Shown here: positions 58,312 through 64,000 of the stretch, in pieces | Numbering within the stretch: the first letter of the stretch is position 1 | Layout of the letters: each line of letters opens with the position of its first letter | Assembly: GCA_023898525.1 (NCBI GenBank) | Contig: CP060227.1 | Location: 11,244 to 75,243 of the forward strand | Length of the DNA: 64,000 bases | Direction: 5' to 3' | Source: Candidatus Nomurabacteria bacterium | GTDB taxonomy: Bacteria; Patescibacteriota; Minisyncoccia; Phycocordibacterales; UBA918 | The notes under the pieces: generated by a model | Told to the model about the DNA's origin: nothing | Databases searched by the model: none | What the model saw: only the letters and a program-made list of their open reading frames with translations | Position numbers and translations under genes: made by a program

Positions 58312-59070
58312 ATGGAGCCAGAAAAAAAAGAAAACACTATTTTAATGTTTTTGACGTATTCGCTTTTGGGAATTCTAATGCTAGTTGTGAGCGTATTAAT
58401 GTACAAAGAAACCAGAGAACCACACATAGTTCAATACGATGAACCATTTACTATTCCAGAAATTCAACTTTTAACACCAGAAGAAGTTGAAAACGAAAAG
58501 CTTGCGTTAAGACAAGCAAACCCAATACGTATCACACCCACCAACAGCACGAATAATGAGGATATAGAGCTGGAACCGGCCCTGATCCGAAACAATATAA
58601 TTATAGACGAGTCTAGCATCACACAATCTGCCACAATCCAAGTAAAGCCGCAGACGTCAGACGGCTTAGTGGAAGTAAAAAAAGTACAAGAAATCAAGGC
58701 GGATGGAACAGTAATATATACCACTGAAAAAGTCGCGCCGAGTAAATACAGCCTTGCTTACGCCACTTACGATGAGGACACCTTTAAAAAACTCTCCTCA
58801 ACTGGAGAAACGATTGAAATGGCATTTACAGGTGATATAAATGCTATAAACCCCGAAAGTGGACAGCTCACCCTTGTACAGTCTAATGGATCGGGACTGG
58901 CTTCAGTCTGGAATACCTCCAATACCTCTGTCACTATCAACGGCAAACAGATGCCGTTTGCACAGCTCAGAATAGGGGATAAGATAATTGCCACCGGAAC
59001 CGGTTACGCTGGTACATCACATCTAAAAGCTACATCCATTGCATTAGTAGGTACCTTTGAAATTAACTAA
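58312..59070 (+). CDS. Hypothetical membrane-anchored protein.
   Basis: The ORF has an N-terminal TM (ILMFLTYSLLGILMLVVSVLM). The start is uncertain (58282 or 58312). Confidence 0.45.
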   Translation: MEPEKKENTILMFLTYSLLGILMLVVSVLMYKETREPHIVQYDEPFTIPEIQLLTPEEVENEKLALRQANPIRITPTNSTNNEDIELEPALIRNNIIIDESSITQSATIQVKPQTSDGLVEVKKVQEIKADGTVIYTTEKVAPSKYSLAYATYDEDTFKKLSSTGETIEMAFTGDINAINPESGQLTLVQSNGSGLASVWNTSNTSVTINGKQMPFAQLRIGDKIIATGTGYAGTSHLKATSIALVGTFEIN

Positions 59071-59077
59071 ATTTGAT

Positions 59078-61564
59078 ATGACACTAAATATTCTCACACC
59101 ATCAAGAAAAACGATAATTATTTTACTCATACTCATCATCACTTTCTTTATGGGTCACTCCAAAGCACTTGCAGCTGGTGCTTACGGATGGTTTGCCACC
59201 AAGGCTGATTACGCAGATGACAACTTGAGCAACTGTAGCGATCCTGTCAACCAAGTCTCAGTTCAAATAAACTTAGTTAAACCTGGTACAAGAAATACCA
59301 TATCGGCTCCAATAGGCAGTTGGTCAGTAACAGTCAGATACAAAGCAGACGAATCTATCAAGTTTACTAATACATATAGCGGAGAAAAACAATCAGATCG
59401 TATTTGTTATAATCCAGACACTGAAGGTATCCAAGTTGGTGTAGTAGAGAATTCTAACTACTTTGCCTACAAAGGGCCCACTATTTTTGAAACAAGCGCT
59501 CAAAATAGTTCCATAAAAGGCCATAGCTTTATAGGATACGTTGAATTAAGACCAAAGGCACCCAGTCCGTCGGCACCAGACATTGAGTCAGTTCCTGTGT
59601 CACAAGGTTTCTTCGCATCAACCGCTTCACAAGAGCTTTCAATAAACTTAAACACACTTAGTACACTGTTCGGAAACGGTGACGTCCGCAAAGTGAAATT
59701 CTATATAAAGAAACAGGACACTCCAACCTCATTAACTGAAATTGAAAGTTTACTTAGTACCCCTGCTGGGGCAGGTAGTAGTCTTGTCTATCAACTGACT
59801 GGCAGCAACGCGCTTGGTAATGGTCACTACCTCTGGAGTTTCAATGTAGAGCAGAATAATAGTAATACAACTTACAAAAATACCCCACCAGCAATGAACT
59901 GGACCTTTTCCAACATCCCTGCTTCATCAGTTCCGAATGCTGAATATTTTGTGGTAGACACCTTAGCACCCATTTCAAATATAGATGCATTTTCAGTGAC
60001 GTCAATTAATTCATCAGATCCTACTCTAGCAGACCTCCAGTTAAGACTTGAGGTAACCGATACATTGTCTGGCCTAGATTCAGTCACTCTCTTTGTAAAA
60101 GATATGACTGACAACTCGATAATTTCTGTTCCATACCTAGGTCTACCTAATCCTACGCCAAACCTTAACAACGTAGTTAGCCTAAATAACATGGTTATCG
60201 GTCGAGATTATGAATATTACACTGTGGCAGTAGATCGCGCCGGAAATAGTGTTGAAAGCTCACATGTAACCTACACCATTCCAAATAGCTTAACCATTCC
60301 AACTATTGTTTTTGCAAACCCAGCCTACAGTGGAGTAGTGTCAGATTTTGCTAGAATAAATACAAACGTAACAAATAAGTTCAGTAACCCAGTTAGCTTA
60401 ATAAGTGCTTATCCATGTTGGTCAACCGATCAAGCTAAAATTGATACCCTAAACGACTTAACCGCTTACGATACTAACAATAACGGATTACTTAACATCT
60501 ACGATCTTGGTGATGGGGTAATCTGCGAAAATCAAGCAGGTACTGGTATAAGTTGGTTTAATGATCCAAATAACAGTAGCACCAATCTAAGCAGAGAAAT
60601 TACCACTATGCCGTATGATACATACATTTACTACAAAGTCTTTGCTTACAATTATTTTGGTTGGGGTCACACTACCACAGGCGGTTTAAAAACTGCTGCC
60701 TTTGGAGAAGGTGTGGCAACTGCAACTAACTATATTTTTGAGCATAACAAAGTACCGCTTAGTAACAGTGATGATATAAGTCTCGGTCAGGTTTATGTGA
60801 ATGCTGCCGATTACAACGCTGGAGTTTACGCTAAAGCAGGTGTAAATCTAGCTGTAATTGACCAGACATATGATCCAACTACAGGGAACAGGTACACCGG
60901 AAATAAAGTTTATCCAAATTCTAATGTAAGAAGCGTTAACTACATAGCCAAAATTGATTTTGGTGACAATGGTACCTTTGATCAAACAGTCACAGGTTCA
61001 ATCGCTACATTAAAAGATACTACAGCGTCGACTTATGATGGATGGTCACTTAAACGTATAAATTTCACTAATGTACCAGAGGGAACAATCAAAATTGAAG
61101 TTACAGCTAATTACGATGATCAATTTCCTTGTAATTTAGTTGATGATCCAGACTGTGTAGATATCAGAACTGAAACAATAACCGTCAATTTACTTAGCCC
61201 AGGTTCGCTTGAGGACAACGCGACCGGTAATAGCAACTCAACAGGAGAGCTAACTGACATCGACCCCCAAATCTTCCTAGAAGCTGTGCCAAAAATTATT
61301 CGCAAAGAGGGTACCGCAGATATAAACTGGGGTCTGGAAAATATTGATATCAGTTGTGTATTAACCGGGCCAAGTGGCTTTTCGCAAACGATTAACCCAT
61401 CTACAGACGGTACTTTGAATTCAAGCACGAATCGAAAGGAAGGCACAATAACTTCGCCGCCACTGCTTAACACACAAATCTTTACTATGACCTGCTCTAA
61501 CTCAGTCTCTACCTATACTGCCACCACTCGCGTTACTGTCCTTGGCGAACTGCAGGAACTTTAA
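59078..61564 (+). CDS. Large secreted surface protein (about 828 aa) with Ig-like repeats.
   Basis: A signal peptide 'IIILLILIITFFMGHSKALAAGA' leads into beta-rich Asn/Thr-rich sequence. Confidence 0.6.
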   Translation: MTLNILTPSRKTIIILLILIITFFMGHSKALAAGAYGWFATKADYADDNLSNCSDPVNQVSVQINLVKPGTRNTISAPIGSWSVTVRYKADESIKFTNTYSGEKQSDRICYNPDTEGIQVGVVENSNYFAYKGPTIFETSAQNSSIKGHSFIGYVELRPKAPSPSAPDIESVPVSQGFFASTASQELSINLNTLSTLFGNGDVRKVKFYIKKQDTPTSLTEIESLLSTPAGAGSSLVYQLTGSNALGNGHYLWSFNVEQNNSNTTYKNTPPAMNWTFSNIPASSVPNAEYFVVDTLAPISNIDAFSVTSINSSDPTLADLQLRLEVTDTLSGLDSVTLFVKDMTDNSIISVPYLGLPNPTPNLNNVVSLNNMVIGRDYEYYTVAVDRAGNSVESSHVTYTIPNSLTIPTIVFANPAYSGVVSDFARINTNVTNKFSNPVSLISAYPCWSTDQAKIDTLNDLTAYDTNNNGLLNIYDLGDGVICENQAGTGISWFNDPNNSSTNLSREITTMPYDTYIYYKVFAYNYFGWGHTTTGGLKTAAFGEGVATATNYIFEHNKVPLSNSDDISLGQVYVNAADYNAGVYAKAGVNLAVIDQTYDPTTGNRYTGNKVYPNSNVRSVNYIAKIDFGDNGTFDQTVTGSIATLKDTTASTYDGWSLKRINFTNVPEGTIKIEVTANYDDQFPCNLVDDPDCVDIRTETITVNLLSPGSLEDNATGNSNSTGELTDIDPQIFLEAVPKIIRKEGTADINWGLENIDISCVLTGPSGFSQTINPSTDGTLNSSTNRKEGTITSPPLLNTQIFTMTCSNSVSTYTATTRVTVLGELQEL

Positions 61565-61602
61565 TGTTACTAATTTCACATTAATAATATATAATTGTAG
61601 TC

Positions 61603-62577
61603 ATGTTACAACAATTTGTAGCCGTCATTAGAGGTGGACCAAGTTCAGAATATTCTGTGTCGATGAATACCGGCATGGCTGTTTTAGATTCTTTAAGAAG
61701 CCAAGTTTACCGAGTTGTCGATATAGTTATTTCTAGGGACGGAGACTGGCTTCGAGAAGGTAAGACGGTTACTCCAGAAATTGCACTGGAAGGTATTGAT
61801 ACTGTTTTCATTGCTTTGCACGGAACTTATGCCGAAGACGGAGAAGTCCAAAGAATACTAAGACGTCTACGTATACCATACAATGGTAGCGGGCCTTTAG
61901 CATCAGCTATTGCTTTCAATAAACTACTAACGAAAGAAACGCTAATGCGCTATGGTGTTCTAATGCCCAAACACGTAAACCTCAAGAGGACAGACATTCA
62001 AAATATTGATGACATAATTTCTAGCGTAGAAGTTGAATTTGGTCCCGAGTACATTATTAAACCTCTCAGCAATGGATCATCAATTGGTGTTCAGCTTGTC
62101 CATGCCGGTCAACCGTTAAAACAAGCTGTTTTGGATAGCTTATCTACATTCGATAGCATTCTGGTCGAAGAGCTTGTCCGCGGAAAAGAAGCAACCAGTG
62201 CTATACTTGAAAATTATCGCGGAGAGGATATCTATAGTTTTCCAGCCATTGAAATAGCCTTGCAGCCAGACACACAATTCTTTAGCAACGAGGCTAAATA
62301 TTCTAAACCTACCGAAGTAATTTGTCCCGCTAGATTCTCATTTGAAGAACGCGAGCTACTCTCTGAAGTCACCCAGCTTGTTCATAAGACACTCAATCTA
62401 CGTCAATATTCACGAAGTGACTTTATAGTTCGAGACGGCAAGGTTTACTTCCTGGAAGTAAACACGTTGCCCGGACTGACAAAATCTTCACTGTACCCCA
62501 AGGCAGCCGAGGCGGTAGGAATGACATTTGACCAACTGGTAGAACATTTGGTCCAAACTTCTAGTATCTGTGAGTAA
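61603..62577 (+). CDS. ddl: D-alanine--D-alanine ligase.
   Basis: The motifs 'VFIALHGTYAEDGEVQRILRRLRIPYNGSG' and 'SRSDFIVRDGKVYFLEVNTLPGLT' are ATP-grasp Ddl signatures. Confidence 0.85.
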   Translation: MLQQFVAVIRGGPSSEYSVSMNTGMAVLDSLRSQVYRVVDIVISRDGDWLREGKTVTPEIALEGIDTVFIALHGTYAEDGEVQRILRRLRIPYNGSGPLASAIAFNKLLTKETLMRYGVLMPKHVNLKRTDIQNIDDIISSVEVEFGPEYIIKPLSNGSSIGVQLVHAGQPLKQAVLDSLSTFDSILVEELVRGKEATSAILENYRGEDIYSFPAIEIALQPDTQFFSNEAKYSKPTEVICPARFSFEERELLSEVTQLVHKTLNLRQYSRSDFIVRDGKVYFLEVNTLPGLTKSSLYPKAAEAVGMTFDQLVEHLVQTSSICE

Positions 62578-62614
62578 ATTACTATATCTAGCTAGATAAC
62601 TGCTATATAATTAT

Positions 62615-63181
62615 ATGAATATGGAAGGCACCAGAAACGAACGGGTAGCGATTATCGCCACCTCATACGTAATAGGTTTCGTTACCGCTTTTATTCTGTT
62701 TGGTATAAATAACCCAACCGATACTGCCACTACAAATCTAGCTAACGTAGCTGAAGTTAGTGCTGCCGATGTTTACAAAGAACCAAAATTAACCCCAATA
62801 CCTATAGCGATTACTTATGAAAATGGTAGTCTGATAATAAAAAAGGGTGATAAAGATATTATTTTGACGCAAAACCCCATACTAGCAACCACTCTGATAA
62901 AGCCAGAGACCAGATTACACTACAATAACCTTAGTTGGACTCTCTCAGATAACAACTCATACCTTTTCTTCTGCGAGCAACAAAACACTGAAGGCAACTA
63001 CTGTATAGGTGCTATTTATGATATTAGTAACGAGACCGTTCACACACTAACAACTGACGGGGTAAACCTATCTCTTAGCTTACCTGCCTCTACTCTAATT
63101 CGCTGGAAACAAGAGTCCTTGGACATAACAGGTTTTACAAGCAGCGACCCAGCTAAACCTTGGATACTCCAAAGTAATTAG
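62615..63181 (+). CDS. Hypothetical membrane-anchored protein (188 aa).
   Basis: The ORF has an N-terminal TM (VAIIATSYVIGFVTAFILFGI). Confidence 0.45.
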   Translation: MNMEGTRNERVAIIATSYVIGFVTAFILFGINNPTDTATTNLANVAEVSAADVYKEPKLTPIPIAITYENGSLIIKKGDKDIILTQNPILATTLIKPETRLHYNNLSWTLSDNNSYLFFCEQQNTEGNYCIGAIYDISNETVHTLTTDGVNLSLSLPASTLIRWKQESLDITGFTSSDPAKPWILQSN

Positions 63182-63183
63182 AC

Positions 63184-63212
63184 TTGACTTAAGGGACTCA
63201 AATTCGTATTAT
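63184..63212 (+). promoter_or_regulatory. Sigma70-type promoter TTGACT-N17-TATTAT upstream of tRNA-Ala.
   Basis: The -35 and -10 elements match the consensus with optimal 17-bp spacing, about 30 nt upstream of the tRNA 5' end. Confidence 0.5.
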
Positions 63213-63242
63213 AGTGTCACTCTTTTAAGAGAGCAATTTTAT

Positions 63243-63318
63243 GGGCCCGTAGCTCAGTTGGCTAGAGCGCCTCATTTGCACTGAGGAGGCCGGGGGTTCG
63301 AATCCTCTCGGGTCCACC
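63243..63318 (+). tRNA. tRNA-Ala (anticodon UGC).
   Basis: I folded the cloverleaf by hand. The acceptor stem is GGGCCCG/CGGGTCC with the G3:U70 alanine identity pair, the D-arm is GCTC-AGTTGGCTA-GAGC, the anticodon stem CCTCA/TGAGG carries the loop TTTGCAC, and the T-loop is TTCGAAT. The discriminator A is followed by CC, and the terminal A is not encoded. Confidence 0.9.
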
Positions 63319-63326
63319 GCGTAAAG

Positions 63327-63353
63327 AAAAACAGCACCTGCGTGCTGTTTTTT
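63327..63353 (+). terminator. Rho-independent terminator: (A5)ACAGCAC-ctgc-GTGCTGT(T6).
   Basis: The hairpin is flanked by an A-run and a T-run directly after the tRNA. Confidence 0.65.
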
Positions 63354-63624
63354 AGCGGTGGAAGGCGGAGACATGTTTTTCTGTCCTTCCTAGGCAGAAA
63401 AACGGTCGAGCCGGGGTCGCGAGTACTTAGCAGAATAAGAGCGTGCGCGACTTTATTTTCTTATTAGCTGGCGAATTAGAAAATAAGAAGTACCCTTGTG
63501 GTGAATTATTATGCTTAGTAACTTGTGACCACGAAATAAGCTAGAAGGTTTCTATACCCAAACACTGCACAGATTCTGTAAGAATCGAATCCTCTCTACT
63601 ACAGTTTGTTACAATTAGAGATAC

Positions 63625-63942
63625 ATGAAAGAGATAATTATACTACATGGTACCGGTAGCACTCCAGATTCATACTGGCACCCATATTTAAAATCTCAAC
63701 TTGAAAGAGCAGGACACAGAGTTCAAATACCTCAATTACCCAACTCTGAGCTACCTAAACTCGAAGAGCAGCTGTCCTATGTACTAAAAAATTGCCAACT
63801 GAGTACAGAGACTGTTTTAGTTGGACACTCATCAGGGGTACCGCTTATACTAGGAATACTTCAGGAAATAAGCAGTAGAATTGCCACATCTATTATGATT
63901 AGTGGTTTCTTTAAATCAATTGGGGGGGTAACTCAAAGCTGA
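63625..63942 (+). pseudogene. YdeN/RBBP9-family alpha/beta serine hydrolase, apparently frameshifted at a G7 homopolymer (63922-63928). It continues in the +1 frame to the window end.
   Basis: The motifs 'IIILHGTGSTPDSYWHPYL' and the nucleophile elbow 'VLVGHSSGVPL' are present. The frame stops 4 codons after the G7 run. With one extra G the reading continues as '...GGGNSKLMVRNSYDWDIIKNN...', which resembles the family's downstream region. Confidence 0.55.
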
Positions 63943-64000
63943 TGGTTAGAAATTCATACGACTGGGACATTATTAAAAACAATTGTAGTAATTTTATTGT

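Noticed and set aside
63319-63624. I considered whether the structured region after tRNA-Ala is SRP (4.5S) RNA, 6S RNA or tmRNA.
   Set aside because: It lacks the conserved SRP domain-IV GGAAGCAGCCAAGG-type motif and the tmRNA tRNA-like ends. I kept it only as an unclassified structured-RNA candidate in the findings.

Overview
This 64 kb window has about 40% GC and every gene lies on the + strand. The ORFs read cleanly with TGA as a stop, so it uses the standard genetic code. Positions 1 to about 41,200 form an accessory locus of cell-surface proteins, followed by housekeeping genes. The surface locus holds:
- A giant 5'-truncated ORF of more than 5,259 aa (1..15803), built from FN3-like domains, roughly 40-aa beta-helix-like repeats, a DUF2341-like plus LamG-like pair, and near-identical internal DNA repeats.
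- A 4xFN3 secreted protein.
- An ABC ATPase (with an unusual C-terminal extension) and a MacB/FtsX-type permease.
- A 615-aa protein whose C-terminal 'YWGINVP' tail matches that of the giant.
- Three paralogous signal-peptide / double beta-sandwich / C-terminal-TM proteins that resemble Gram-positive CscA (DUF916/DUF3324). One of them is fused to a LytR_C domain.
- A cohesin-dockerin module set of three cohesin-like proteins and two dockerin-bearing proteins, one of which carries Myxococcus-type Cys-rich repeats.
- A 2,050-aa protein with BNR/sialidase-like repeats and large repeated modules, which shares a second C-terminal motif ('...Y.A.P.F') with a 396-aa Thr/Gly-rich protein.

The housekeeping part contains a DsbA-like oxidoreductase next to a TlpA-like paralog with SxxS in place of CxxC, an AI-2E transporter, CapA, an FKBP isomerase, Tgt, UvrB, a dual-REC response regulator, a Lys-rich-tailed membrane protein, a histidine kinase, UvrA, a short UvrC-like protein, Ddl, tRNA-Ala(UGC) with its promoter and terminator, and a YdeN-like hydrolase interrupted at a G7 run. 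I propose that the surface region is a previously undescribed, distant WxL/Csc-like plus cohesin-dockerin surface assemblage. The gene content, giant proteins and C-terminal TM anchors fit a Gram-positive-like or CPR-like envelope, but taxonomy cannot be proven from the sequence. All calls rest on motif recognition by eye, with no database searches.
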